The position numbers and the translations under genes are program-made. Source: Acidimicrobiia bacterium (GTDB lineage: Bacteria > Actinomycetota > Acidimicrobiia > Spongiisociales > Spongiisociaceae). From it: a DNA stretch of 64,000 bases. Positions 1 to 10,307 of the stretch are shown here, piece after piece (positions within the stretch are counted from its first letter, which is position 1; each line of letters begins with the position of its first letter). The DNA lies in assembly GCA_041576165.1 (NCBI GenBank), contig JBFGLM010000020.1:1-64000 (forward strand), in the 5' to 3' direction. The notes beneath the pieces are model-generated. The model made no database searches. It saw nothing but the letters and a program-made list of their open reading frames with translations, and was not told the DNA's origin.

Positions 1-273
1 CAATCACCCGACCGGGGTGCCCGACTACCGAACGCTCACCGCCGGCGACGGTGTACTGGACGATGTCGCCGGTTCCGAGTTCCACCTGGTTGTGCGGACT
101 CACGGCCAGGCGCTTCCTGACTTCATGCCCGATCAGATTGAATACTTCGGGGGTGGCTGCATGCCGCCACCAATCCGTTCACGAATGACGGCGTTCCGCC
201 CGACGACGGCCTACCCGTTGGCCCGAACGATTGCCTCAATATCCAGGCTGCCCTTTTCGGTCCCGCGGACTAG
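1..273 (+). CDS. 3' end of a hypothetical protein (window edge), apparently frameshifted near 160
   Basis: The frame ...EFHLVVRTHGQALPDFMPDQIEYFGGGC continues more plausibly in another frame as AATNPF...GPNDCLNIQAALFGPAD*. Confidence 0.4.
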
Positions 274-479
274 ACGGCAACCCAACTGAGCGGTGGAGAC
301 CTCGCCTATGTGGCGGGGTCTCCAATCGTTGGGGCGCACGTTGAGGCCCCTTCGAACCAGGCTGCGAAACCGCACACGGGCCCCTTCGATCCGTGAGAAG
401 ATTCCCCGAGTTGCGGCGTGGCGCCGCCACCGACGGGAGTTGACGGCACCCTACGCCGGCCCCGAGGGAGGAGGCCGCC

Positions 480-1838
480 ATGGCTGTCGACCTGGCCAAC
501 CCCGTCGTGACCTATCCGCTGCTCGACGCGCTGCGGGACCGGCGCAGCCGCCGGTTCGGGCGGGGTATGTCAATGGATTCCGGACCGCTCACCTACCAGA
601 GCAATCTCACGCCGCTCCCGCTCACCGAGGCCGAAGAAGCCCTGCTGGTGTTTGCCGCGTCGGGCACCACCGGGCCGGCCCTGGCCGACCTCAACCTTGC
701 TGAAGGCGGGAAGATCCTGGCCGGGCTCAGCGGACGCACCTTCTCCAGCGGCGACGCCATCCACGCTGCGTCACTGATCGTCATCAACGACGGGGCGGCC
801 TACCTGATGAAACGTCCGCAGGCATATGCGCCCAACGAGCTGGGGGAGCTGGTCGAACTGGCTCACAAAGGGGCCTTCACCGACCTGTACCGGCGCGGCC
901 GGATCAAGATCCGCGACGGGCGGGTCACCGCCCCCCAGCAACCGATGTTCAACCTCCCGGTCAACAACTGGTCGCTGTACGACCCGGCCGGCACCTACTT
1001 CCTGCCAGTCATCGACCAGACCTTCCTCCACATCAACGGCGTGCTCGAGATCTTCGACCACCCCACCTGCGCCTTCCCGGTCGACGAGCGGGCCGCCTTT
1101 CGTCCGGCCGGAACCCGCGCCTTCGCCAAAAGCCGGGGCGGCCACATGCGCGACGACCTCGAGGCCGGAGTGACGCTCACCGTGCAGCAGATCGAGAGCC
1201 TGGTCACCGAGTTCGTGACTATCGAAGCGGGGATGATGTTGCAGAACCTGGCGCTCATGGTTCAGGCGATGGGTCTCGGCGGTTTTCCCCACTGGGCGGC
1301 CCACCCTTACGGCTGGCTCGAGGCGTTGGGGTTCCGGATGGCGGAGATGGGCTCCGACCGCTACCTCGGCGTGCCGGCGCCGCTGGCGCTCGTAGCCCGG
1401 GCCACCGGTCGCACAGTTCCGGTGCCTTATGCCACCGGGCTCGAGGTGGACGGCGAGGCGCTGCTTGCCCCGTTCTGTCCGCCTAACTATCCCTCGATGG
1501 AAGCGGCGGTGCAGGCGCTGGTCGAGCTGAAGGTCGGGCACGGCGGCGTCTTCCGGCAGGGGACCGCGGTCGGCGGGTTCCGCCAGCCGGAGGAGATCGC
1601 CGCCGGTACCCCGCCGCCCTCGGAGGAGGCGATCGAGGCGACAATCGCTTACTGCGAGTACCTACATGACCGGTACGGGCGGTTCCCCGTCTACGCCCCT
1701 CCGTTCCGCACGGTGGTGGGATTCCAGGTCAGCCACGTAGACACCGAGTTCTACGACCGCTTCTACTGGCCGGAAGCCCTGAGCGACACCCAACGCCACC
1801 ACTTGGAGACCTGGCACCGGGACGATCCGACCGGCTGA
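480..1838 (+). CDS. Nitroreductase-fold (FMN-binding) oxidoreductase, long form
   Basis: RRSRRF N-terminal motif; EAGMMLQNLALMVQAMGLGG motif; GGAGG RBS. Confidence 0.7.
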   Translation: MAVDLANPVVTYPLLDALRDRRSRRFGRGMSMDSGPLTYQSNLTPLPLTEAEEALLVFAASGTTGPALADLNLAEGGKILAGLSGRTFSSGDAIHAASLIVINDGAAYLMKRPQAYAPNELGELVELAHKGAFTDLYRRGRIKIRDGRVTAPQQPMFNLPVNNWSLYDPAGTYFLPVIDQTFLHINGVLEIFDHPTCAFPVDERAAFRPAGTRAFAKSRGGHMRDDLEAGVTLTVQQIESLVTEFVTIEAGMMLQNLALMVQAMGLGGFPHWAAHPYGWLEALGFRMAEMGSDRYLGVPAPLALVARATGRTVPVPYATGLEVDGEALLAPFCPPNYPSMEAAVQALVELKVGHGGVFRQGTAVGGFRQPEEIAAGTPPPSEEAIEATIAYCEYLHDRYGRFPVYAPPFRTVVGFQVSHVDTEFYDRFYWPEALSDTQRHHLETWHRDDPTG

Positions 1839-2030
1839 GGAGGCTGCGCCCTCAGCCTGACTGAGCGCCGGGCGGCGCATCCACGCCACGGACCCGTCGG
1901 CGTGACTGCACCAGTCCGGGCGCCCGCACCGGGCCGCTCGTGCGTCCGTTGTGACGTTCTCCCCTTACCCGCTGGCCCAGCCGGGTGAGATGATTGGGGG
2001 TGCGAGCCCGGTCTCGTTCGAGGAGGGCGC

Positions 2031-4166
2031 ATGAGGCTTCTGGCCCTGATCGTGTGCGCTGCGCTGCTGATGACCGCGGCGACTCCTGCGGCCGTCGTCA
2101 TCCAAGAAGAGGCCGCACCATCCGCCGAGTTTGCGGCGCTGGCCGCTGATCTCGAAGATCTGCGGCAGGTGCTCGCCATCCCGGGTATGAGCGCCGCTGT
2201 CGTCCGGGACGGCGAGATCGCGTGGGAGCAGGGGTTCGGCTTCGCCGACCTCGAAAACCGAATTGAAGCTGAGGCGCACACCCCCTACGGCCTGGCCTCT
2301 GTCACCAAGCCGGTGGCCGCGGTCGTGGTGATGCAGCTGATCGAGGAGGGACTCATCGGCCTGGATGATCCGGTGGCCGACTACGGGGTCTCCCTCCCCG
2401 GCGCCGTCACGGTCCGCCATCTCCTCAACCACACGTCGGAGGGGATGCCGGGAACGGTCCACTCCTACAACGGCAACCGCTACGGGCTCCTGGGGGGTGT
2501 CATCGAGGGCGCCACTGGGAAGTCGTTCGCCGCCCATCTCGGCGAACGGGTGCTGGGTCCGCTGGGGATGGCCGACACCGGCCTCAACCCGCTGAATGCA
2601 TGGGACGCGGCATCGATCGGAGGCTTCGAGAGCTTCGCGATGGGCATCGGGTGGGGGACGGCCTTCGATCACTACCCCGACGTGTACGACCGGCTGGCCC
2701 AGCCGTACCAGTTCGACACCGACTATTCCATCATTCCCGGCAAGTACCACCTCCTGCACAATCCGGCGGCCGGGATGGTCTCCAGCGTTCACGACTTGGC
2801 CCTGTTCGACCTGGCGCTCGACGAGGGGTGGCTCCTCGACGACGCCACTCGCGAGCTGATGTTCGGTGAGACGGTTCCCACCCGGTCGTACCAGACGAGC
2901 CGGACCTACGGACTAGGCTGGTACGTGCAGGACTTCGAAGGCACCCGGCTGATCTGGCATTACGGGCGCTGGCCGCCGTCGACCTCGGCCCTCTACCTGA
3001 AGGTGCCGGAGCACGACCTGACCTTCATCGTGCTGGCCAACACCGACAACCTCACGGTCCCGTTTGCCGGTATCGGCGATGGGGATGGCATGCGGTCCGC
3101 CCTGGCGCTCAGCTTCTTCCGGCATTTCGTCTTCCCCGAGCTGCACGGCTTCCAGCTGCCGGCGGTCGACTGGTCCCAAGATGAGGAGGCGGTGGCTACC
3201 GAGATCGCCCGCGCCGACCAACCCGTTGCGCTGGCCCACTTGGAGCGCGAGCTGTGGGCCCACCGCCAGGCGTTTGCCGGCTCGGGCAACACCTCGCAGG
3301 CCGCGGTGCTGGCGTCCGTCGCCTCCGACGTCTTCGCGGGCTCGGGCCTCACGGCCGACGGGTCGTACCTGTTGCTGCCGGGACGTCCCGAGGTCATCCC
3401 GCCGGTGATGGCCGCGCGCACCTTCTCGACCATCGCCTGGGCGGTGCTCGTCTGGATCGTGATCGCGGCGGTTTCCATGATTGTGATGATCTGGCGTCTA
3501 GCCAAGGCCTCCGAAACCGCTTGGGCGTGGGTGCTGTGGCTGCTCGCGGCGGCGGTGCTCGGGCCGCTGGCGCATCTCGCCTTCGAGCTCGATCAGCGGG
3601 CCGAACGGTCGGAATCGCGCGCTGCGCCGGCCATCTGCGCGTCGGTGTTCTGTGTCACCGGCTACTCGCTGGCCTGGGTGGCGGCGGTGGCGCTGCTCCT
3701 CAGCGGCGGTGACGATCCCAACCCGATCGTCATCCTGTCCGGCGCCGTGGTGCTGCCGGTGGCGATCGGCCTGCTGGGGGTGCGGGGACCGCTGTACCGC
3801 AGCCGATTCGGCAGGTACTGGACGTCGGTGCGGCGAGGCATCGTGGCCGAAGTGATGACCTTCGCCGTCGGACTGGCCGCCATATACATGGTGCTGCTGT
3901 ATGTCGATTCCCGGCTGCTGGCGGCGATTCCGCACCCGACCAGCCCCTTCTTCTGGGCAGTGCTGTCGGCCGGTGCGATGCTCGGATTTGGCGGGTTGAT
4001 GGTGCTGCACCGCTTGCTGCAACGCCGCGGGTTCACCGTGTGGCCGGCCGAAGCGGGGTCGGGCGCGGTCGTGCTGCCGACGCTACGCAACTCGTGGTGG
4101 ATGCTGGCCGCAGTGGTTTTCGTCGCGTTTGGGGCGATGGCCCTGACCGTGGTTGTGGTGGCTTGA
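2031..4166 (+). CDS. Serine hydrolase (beta-lactamase/PBP class C family) fused to a C-terminal multi-pass membrane domain
   Basis: Signal peptide; SVTK (SxxK); LLNHTS; YGLGW; HYG; about 7 hydrophobic helices at the C-terminus. Confidence 0.85.
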   Translation: MRLLALIVCAALLMTAATPAAVVIQEEAAPSAEFAALAADLEDLRQVLAIPGMSAAVVRDGEIAWEQGFGFADLENRIEAEAHTPYGLASVTKPVAAVVVMQLIEEGLIGLDDPVADYGVSLPGAVTVRHLLNHTSEGMPGTVHSYNGNRYGLLGGVIEGATGKSFAAHLGERVLGPLGMADTGLNPLNAWDAASIGGFESFAMGIGWGTAFDHYPDVYDRLAQPYQFDTDYSIIPGKYHLLHNPAAGMVSSVHDLALFDLALDEGWLLDDATRELMFGETVPTRSYQTSRTYGLGWYVQDFEGTRLIWHYGRWPPSTSALYLKVPEHDLTFIVLANTDNLTVPFAGIGDGDGMRSALALSFFRHFVFPELHGFQLPAVDWSQDEEAVATEIARADQPVALAHLERELWAHRQAFAGSGNTSQAAVLASVASDVFAGSGLTADGSYLLLPGRPEVIPPVMAARTFSTIAWAVLVWIVIAAVSMIVMIWRLAKASETAWAWVLWLLAAAVLGPLAHLAFELDQRAERSESRAAPAICASVFCVTGYSLAWVAAVALLLSGGDDPNPIVILSGAVVLPVAIGLLGVRGPLYRSRFGRYWTSVRRGIVAEVMTFAVGLAAIYMVLLYVDSRLLAAIPHPTSPFFWAVLSAGAMLGFGGLMVLHRLLQRRGFTVWPAEAGSGAVVLPTLRNSWWMLAAVVFVAFGAMALTVVVVA

Positions 4167-4203
4167 GACGACCCGGGCGGCGCCGTTCTGTGATCATGGG
4201 CGC

Positions 4204-4680
4204 ATGGAAATCCGGGTACTCACGGAGGCCGACGGGCCGGCCGCGCTCTCGGTGATCAACACCGCCGCCGAGTGGTACGCCGAGTTCCTCGGTGAGCTCG
4301 ACGAGCCGGAGATGGACCTGGCCGAGTGGCTGGCCGAGGGTGCCCGCATGACCTGGTACGGCGCGTTCGACGGTGGCGAGCTGGTCGGGGTTATGGGTCT
4401 CGAATACGTCGACGGCGTCGTCCTGTTCCGCCATGCCTACGTGCTGCCTCACTACCAACGCCAGGGTGTGGGCGCGGCATTGGGAGACCACCTCGAGGCG
4501 CAGGTGGAGGGCGTCGGACGCATCATCGTCGGCACCTACCGGGCCAACTACAAAGCCCGCCGGTCGCTGGAGAAGGCCGGTTACGTCGAGTCGGCCGATC
4601 CCGAGGCGGTGCTGCGCCGCTACTACGACATCCCCGAGGACCGCCTCCAGTTGTCCCTCACCTACGAAAAGGCAATCTGA
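4204..4680 (+). CDS. GNAT family N-acetyltransferase
   Basis: YVLPHYQRQGVG acetyl-CoA motif A. Confidence 0.85.
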   Translation: MEIRVLTEADGPAALSVINTAAEWYAEFLGELDEPEMDLAEWLAEGARMTWYGAFDGGELVGVMGLEYVDGVVLFRHAYVLPHYQRQGVGAALGDHLEAQVEGVGRIIVGTYRANYKARRSLEKAGYVESADPEAVLRRYYDIPEDRLQLSLTYEKAI

Positions 4681-4681
4681 T

Positions 4682-5251
4682 CTAGGTTCGCCTTGCCTCA
4701 CCAGAGTCCGATACGCGGAGCGCATCCACGTCCGGGATCAAGATGCTGCTCAGGGTGGTGCGCGATCGGTCGGGCGCTGGCTCGTTGGCGGCGTAGCGCT
4801 CGAGGATGGCACCCACCTCATCGACCAGCGCTTCCAGTTCGTCGTCGGTGAGCCACAGCGGAACCTGTCGGTACCCCATGGCGTCTGCGCCGGGCACCGC
4901 CTCCGGGTTGTCCAGATACCGTCCCATCGCGTCGACCAGCGTCCCGACGAACGTGACGAATCCCTCCAGGTGCTGTTCCTTGGTCATCGCTTGGGCGTCT
5001 TCGGGCCCGATGTGGGCCGAACCTTCGACCAGCCGGTAGGTGCGTTCCACCCCACCCCGCACCCGTCGTTCTCCGGCCACCTCGAGGATGCCGGCGTTGT
5101 GGAGGGTCGCTACCTGCCGGTACAGCGTCGCCGGCGGCACGGCTGGGAGACGCTCCCGCAGCTGCGCCGTCGTCAGCTCGTTGCTCGACATCGCCATCAC
5201 GATCCGCAGCCGGATCGGATGGAGCAGGAGGTCAGACTTGGTCGAACCCAT
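4682..5251 (-). CDS. ArsR-like winged-HTH transcriptional regulator
   Basis: LLHPIRLRIV...PATLYRQVATL...VRGGVERTY; divergent from the hydrolase. Confidence 0.85.
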   Translation of the reverse strand: MGSTKSDLLLHPIRLRIVMAMSSNELTTAQLRERLPAVPPATLYRQVATLHNAGILEVAGERRVRGGVERTYRLVEGSAHIGPEDAQAMTKEQHLEGFVTFVGTLVDAMGRYLDNPEAVPGADAMGYRQVPLWLTDDELEALVDEVGAILERYAANEPAPDRSRTTLSSILIPDVDALRVSDSGEARRT

Positions 5252-5280
5252 TGACACAATGTTATCAGTATTGATAATAT
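5251..5280. promoter_or_regulatory. Divergent promoter with palindromic operator TTATCA-GTAT-TGATAA
   Basis: AT-rich 37-bp gap; TTGACA at 5251 and GATAAT at 5273; inverted repeat at 5262-5277. Confidence 0.6.
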
Positions 5281-5288
5281 TCGCAACT

Positions 5289-6257
5289 ATGAGATCAAAA
5301 CGTTCGTTGGCTGTGACTGAAGACCATGTCACATTCCCGTCGGGGACCGCCATGCTGGCCGGCACTCTCACTCTGCCCGATCACGAGGGACCAAACCCCG
5401 CCGCGTTGCTCGTCGCCGGCTCGGGACCGCTCGACCGGGACGGCAACTACAAGAAGCTGGCGCTCGGCGTCAGCCGCCACCTCGCCACCGAGCTGGCGGA
5501 GGCCGGCTGGGCGTCGCTGCGCTTCGACAAGCGGGGCGTCGGCGAATCGACTGGCGACTACCTCTCGACCGGGTTATACGAAGAACTCGCGGACATCGAA
5601 GCCGCCCTTGGCTTCCTGCAACAGCGAGACGATGTCAGCCACGTCGTGGCGATCGGGCACTCCGCCGGCGCCATTCAGGCCGCCGAGCTCTCCGCCCGGC
5701 ATCCAACCCTGGCCGGCGCAGTACTGCTATCGACGTCGGTCAAGACCGGCGACGAAACCCTGCGCTGGCAGGCGGCGGCGATGCAAGAGACTCTGGTTCC
5801 GGCACCGGTACGGGCGCTGATGAAGCTGTTTGGGACGTCGGTCCTCAAGCAGCAAGACAAGGCGATCCGCAAGCTGAGCGCCACCACCGGCGACGTGGAG
5901 CGCATCCAGCTCGTGAAAGTCAACGCCAAGTGGATGCGGGAGTACATCGCCCACGACCCACGCCTCGCCCTCCGCAACGCCCAGGTTCCGTTGCTGGCCA
6001 TCACCGGCGGCAAGGATGTCCAGGTCGACCCCGCCGACATTGCGACGATCGTCGAGATCGCACCTCGAGGCGCGCAGGGACAAGTGATCCCTGACGTAGA
6101 CCACATTCTCCGGCACGAACCCGCCGCCGTCTCCAGCCCACGCCGTTACAAACGGCAACTCCACAAACCCATCGACCCGAGGGTCACCAGGGCCGTGACC
6201 GAATGGCTGGGAGTGCTGCTCGCCTCGCCCGACCACCCCGAACCGCTCCAGACCTAG
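5289..6257 (+). CDS. Alpha/beta hydrolase
   Basis: GSGPLDRDGN; FDKRGVGES; GHSAG nucleophile elbow; KDVQV; DH. Confidence 0.9.
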   Translation: MRSKRSLAVTEDHVTFPSGTAMLAGTLTLPDHEGPNPAALLVAGSGPLDRDGNYKKLALGVSRHLATELAEAGWASLRFDKRGVGESTGDYLSTGLYEELADIEAALGFLQQRDDVSHVVAIGHSAGAIQAAELSARHPTLAGAVLLSTSVKTGDETLRWQAAAMQETLVPAPVRALMKLFGTSVLKQQDKAIRKLSATTGDVERIQLVKVNAKWMREYIAHDPRLALRNAQVPLLAITGGKDVQVDPADIATIVEIAPRGAQGQVIPDVDHILRHEPAAVSSPRRYKRQLHKPIDPRVTRAVTEWLGVLLASPDHPEPLQT

Positions 6258-6541
6258 TTTGACGGGACCGTTGCTGGGTGTGTCACACCCCTGAGGAACT
6301 TGGCCGGCTCAGCTACGCACACAGCGCACCGGTCCCCCGGCTCCCCGCGGCTTGCGGCACCCGAGTCCGGTTGCCGGGGCGCTTCCACGTCCGGGGGTCA
6401 ACTTCCGGCGCGTGGGGCAGCCCGGGTTCGCTCCGTTCGCTGGCGGCCGTCGGCCGAATGCCCTTCTGAAATGGCCATCCGACCCCGATTCCGGCAACCC
6501 GCCAGTTCATACACTCAGAAAAGGCCATCGAGAGGCATCGC

Positions 6542-7717
6542 ATGACTCCACGCGAACGTGTTCTGGCGGCTATCAACCATGTGGAGCCCGATCGGGTACC
6601 AATCGTACTGGGAGTGAGTAACGCCACAGGGATCAAGATGAAGCCTTATCGCGAGCTGGCCGAACTGCTCGGCCACACCCCCTCGGACAGCTATCTCTAC
6701 GACTGGCCGGAACTGGGCACAGCGTTGCCGGATGACGCCACACTCGCCCGGCTCGGCACCGACGTGCGAGGTGTGCTGGACGTCGAGCCCGCCGCGACCC
6801 TGGAATGGAACAGGAACCGCCCCCTCCATTCTGACTACATCAACTCGTGGGGTTCGGGGGCAACCGAAGTCCGGCCGGGCGAATGGTTTCCGCTGGTCTG
6901 CCCCCTGGCCAGCGCTACCACAGTGCAGGAGATCGACGACCACCCGTGGCCCGACATGGACGACCCGACCCGGGTCGCCCACGTGGCAGACCAGGCCGCC
7001 ACACTCTCCGAGCAAAACGAATACGCCATCCTGGCGACGCCCTGGCTGCTGTTCCCGCTGGAACGGGCCTTCGCGATGCAGGGGATGGACACCTTCCTCA
7101 TGAATCTCGCGCTCTATCCGGATTTCGCAGAAGCACTGCTGTGGAAGATCCAGAGCCTGTGCAAGACCCTGATGGGCCACTTTCTCGACGCGCTCGGTCC
7201 CAACGTCGACATCATCAAGATCGGCGACGACCTGGGCACCCAGGAAAGCCTGCTCATGTCACCGGAGATGTACCGGAGCATCCTCAAGCCCATCCACGCC
7301 GACTACATCGCCTTCATAAAGCAGCGGACTCCGGCCAAGGTGTTCTTCCACACAGACGGGGATGTGGCTCCGCTGATCGGCGACTTCGTGGAGATGGGCA
7401 TCGACATTCTCAACCCCATCCAAACCTCGGCCGGCCAGATGGCCGACCTGCCCGAACTGACGCGGCGATGGGGTGAGCAGCTGACGTTCTGCGGGGCCAT
7501 CGACACGCAGCGCATCTTGCCCCACGGAACCCCCGACGAGGTGAAGGCGGAGGTGCGGCGGGTGATTTCGATCATGGCGCCCGGTGGCGGCTACATGGTC
7601 AGCTCGGTGCACACGGTCATGAACGACGTGCCCGCCGAGAACATCCTGGCAATGGTCGACGCAGTGCTCGAGTACGGCCGGTATCCGCTGCCACGGCTCG
7701 AGGAGGCATCGTCGTGA
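6542..7717 (+). CDS. Uroporphyrinogen decarboxylase-family protein (MtaA/CmuA-like corrinoid methyltransferase)
   Basis: MTPRERVLAAINHVEPDRVP; GDDLGTQ; FFHTDG; GAIDTQ; overlaps the corrinoid protein gene. Confidence 0.85.
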   Translation: MTPRERVLAAINHVEPDRVPIVLGVSNATGIKMKPYRELAELLGHTPSDSYLYDWPELGTALPDDATLARLGTDVRGVLDVEPAATLEWNRNRPLHSDYINSWGSGATEVRPGEWFPLVCPLASATTVQEIDDHPWPDMDDPTRVAHVADQAATLSEQNEYAILATPWLLFPLERAFAMQGMDTFLMNLALYPDFAEALLWKIQSLCKTLMGHFLDALGPNVDIIKIGDDLGTQESLLMSPEMYRSILKPIHADYIAFIKQRTPAKVFFHTDGDVAPLIGDFVEMGIDILNPIQTSAGQMADLPELTRRWGEQLTFCGAIDTQRILPHGTPDEVKAEVRRVISIMAPGGGYMVSSVHTVMNDVPAENILAMVDAVLEYGRYPLPRLEEASS

Positions 7718-8361
7718 CCGACGAAGATCAGCTCCTGGACGACCTATACGACCTGATCGTCGGGGGCGACGCCCAGCGCGCCACCGCCGCAGTGAAGCAA
7801 GGTCTCGAACGGTCGCTTGCGCCAAACGTCATGCTGTTTGACGCCATGATCCCCGCGCTGGAGGAGGTGGGGCGGCGATTCGAGGCTGGGGAGTACTTTC
7901 TCCCCGAGATGCTGATCGCGGCACGGTCCATGCAAACGGCGATGGACCTGCTTCGGCCCTACATCGTGGATGCCGCCGTCGCACCCCTCGGGACCTTTCT
8001 GATCGGGACGGTGGCGGGCGACATCCATGATGTGGGCAAGAATCTCTGCAGCGTGATGCTGGAAGGCGCCGGGTTCCGGGTGGTCGACCTCGGCGTGAAC
8101 GTGTCCGGCCAGCAGTTCGTCGACGCAATCCGCTCGCATCAGCCGGCAGTGGTGGGGATGAGCGCGTTTCTGACGACAACCATGATGGAGATCGAATCCA
8201 ACCTCCACCTGTTCGAGTCTGCCGGCATGCGGGAGGACGTGGTGGTGATGATCGGCGGGGCGCCCATCAACGACGAGTTCGCTCGGGCGGTGGGCGCCGA
8301 CGGCTACGCCCCCGACGCCAGCGCCGCGGTCAGAACCGCCAAGCAGCTCATCTCCCTGTGA
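7714..8361 (+). CDS. Corrinoid (B12-binding) protein, MttC/MtaC-like
   Basis: GDIHDVGKN (DxHxxG); EYFLPEML cap domain; GGAP; GADGY. Confidence 0.9.
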   Translation: MTDEDQLLDDLYDLIVGGDAQRATAAVKQGLERSLAPNVMLFDAMIPALEEVGRRFEAGEYFLPEMLIAARSMQTAMDLLRPYIVDAAVAPLGTFLIGTVAGDIHDVGKNLCSVMLEGAGFRVVDLGVNVSGQQFVDAIRSHQPAVVGMSAFLTTTMMEIESNLHLFESAGMREDVVVMIGGAPINDEFARAVGADGYAPDASAAVRTAKQLISL

Positions 8362-8389
8362 CTGATCGTGATTCGGCCGGCCCGGCAGG

Positions 8390-9262
8390 GTGCCGGCACG
8401 GGGCCGGCGTCCCGGCCGCTACCCTTGGCTCGTGACCGCCCGGCCTCGCCTGCTCGCCGGAGTTACGATCCCCATCGTCTTCGCACTGCTGTTCCTGGTG
8501 CTGCCTCTCCAGGCCCTGGCGGGTGGGCTGCTCGCCCGTTTGATCGGTTTCGCCGCCGCATACCTGGTGGCTCGTTGGATGGCGTCGCGGCGCCGGGTCG
8601 GTCCGGCCCAACTGGGCTGGGTGCGGCCGTCGGTCCGCTCGATCATGCTCGGATGGGTGGTGGGCGGCCTGTTGGTGGCCACGGTGGCGGTCGTCATGGC
8701 CGGCGCCGGGTGGTATTCCTGGTCATGGAGCGGCGCGTGGAGCAATCTCTTCGGAGCCCTCACCTTCGCGGCCGCCGTCGGTCTGTATGAAGAAGCGCTG
8801 TTCAGGTCGCTGTGGTTCGGGGGACTTGAGCCGGCGCTCGGCACCTGGCTGACCCTGGCGATTTCTGCGTTGTTGTTCGGGTTCCTGCACTCGTTCAACC
8901 CGGGCGCGACGATCGTGTCCTCTGCCAGTGTCGCGTTGAGCGGCGGGCTCTTGCTGGGGGCGGCGTTCGTCGCCCGGCGCGACCTGTGGTTCGTTGCCGC
9001 CATCCACGCTGCGTGGAACGGGCTCCTCGGGGGAGTGTTGGGGATGCCGGTGTCCGGTAACGATCCGACAGATGCCTTGCTCACTGCCGAAGAACGGGGC
9101 CCCGACCTGTGGACAGGTGGCGCGTTCGGCCCCGAGGCCTCCCTCATCACGATCGCGGTTGTCGGCGGCGCCGGTGCCTGGTTCATCTGGAAGGCCCACA
9201 CCTCGGGCATGGTGACGCCGCCACCATGGCGCGAGCCGGCCACCCGTTCCCCTGAACACTGA
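8390..9262 (+). CDS. CPBP (CAAX/Abi) intramembrane glutamic endopeptidase
   Basis: EEALFR; FGFLH; HAAWN; TGGAFGPEAS. Confidence 0.9.
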   Translation: MPARGRRPGRYPWLVTARPRLLAGVTIPIVFALLFLVLPLQALAGGLLARLIGFAAAYLVARWMASRRRVGPAQLGWVRPSVRSIMLGWVVGGLLVATVAVVMAGAGWYSWSWSGAWSNLFGALTFAAAVGLYEEALFRSLWFGGLEPALGTWLTLAISALLFGFLHSFNPGATIVSSASVALSGGLLLGAAFVARRDLWFVAAIHAAWNGLLGGVLGMPVSGNDPTDALLTAEERGPDLWTGGAFGPEASLITIAVVGGAGAWFIWKAHTSGMVTPPPWREPATRSPEH

Positions 9263-9353
9263 CGGCTTGGCTCGCCCTCCGAAGCCCGGGAGCCGATCGG
9301 TGGGTTCGCACACGGCGCCCTCGCCGGACCCTCGTCGTCAATACACTCCGGCT

Positions 9354-10307
9354 ATGGCACGACATCACCTCCCCGCCACCACCGAGACCGTCCACTGGGG
9401 ATTCTTCGATGCGTCGCTCCCACCGGTGCTGCGGGTCGAGTCGGGCGACACCGTCACGGTCGATACCGTGTCCGGCGGGCCGGAAGTAACGCCGGCCGAC
9501 ATCTCGCGGGTTCTGCCGGAGCATCTTGCGATCCACGAGCAGCTGGAACCCGACTTGGGCCCGCACATAATCACGGGGCCGATCGCCGTCGACCTGTCCA
9601 AGCCTGGCGACACCGTAGAGCTCGAGATTCTCGACATTCGTTTCCGCACCGATTGGGGTTGGAACGCGCAGCGGCCCGGCCTCGGGACCCTGCCCGACGA
9701 CTTCCCCGACGAACGCATCGTCCAGATCGACATCGACCTCGAAGTTCGATCCGCCACTCTGCCCTGGGGGCAACAGCTCGACCCACATCCGTTCTTCGGC
9801 ATCCTCGCCACGGCTCCTCCGGCCGAGCGGGGACGGATCAGCTCGAAGCCGCCGGGCCTCTTTGGCGGCAACATTGACAACAAGGAGCTCGGCGTGGGTG
9901 CCCGGGTCTTCCTCCCTGTCTTCGTCGAGGGCGGCCTGGTTTCGATCGGCGACGGACACGGGAAGCAAGGCGACGGTGAAGTGTGTGTGACGGCGCTCGA
10001 GACCTGTCTCACCGGTGAGTTCCGGATCACGCTCCACAAAGGCGAGACGATCGCGTCCCCCAGAGCCATCACGTCCACGCATTACGTCACCCACGGCTTC
10101 GACCCCGACCTCGATGTCGCCGCGCAGCTGGCGCTGCGGGACATGCTCGATTGGATCGTCGACACGGGAGCCATCTCACGTGCGGAGGCCTACACGCTGT
10201 GCAGCCTGGCCTGCGATCTCCACGTCACCCAGCTGGTCAACGGCACCAAGGGCGTACATGCGATGCTGCCGGTCGATGTCATGGCGGCTACCGGGGTCCC
10301 CGCTTGA
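9354..10307 (+). CDS. Acetamidase/formamidase family protein
   Basis: TVHWGFFD; GPHIITGP; GGNIDN; GDGHGKQGDGEV; AYTLCSL. Confidence 0.9.
   Translation: MARHHLPATTETVHWGFFDASLPPVLRVESGDTVTVDTVSGGPEVTPADISRVLPEHLAIHEQLEPDLGPHIITGPIAVDLSKPGDTVELEILDIRFRTDWGWNAQRPGLGTLPDDFPDERIVQIDIDLEVRSATLPWGQQLDPHPFFGILATAPPAERGRISSKPPGLFGGNIDNKELGVGARVFLPVFVEGGLVSIGDGHGKQGDGEVCVTALETCLTGEFRITLHKGETIASPRAITSTHYVTHGFDPDLDVAAQLALRDMLDWIVDTGAISRAEAYTLCSLACDLHVTQLVNGTKGVHAMLPVDVMAATGVPA

Noticed and set aside
6258-6541. Cobalamin riboswitch upstream of the corrinoid genes
   Set aside because: No B12-box or GCCACTG/GGGAAG landmarks found; only short inverted repeats.
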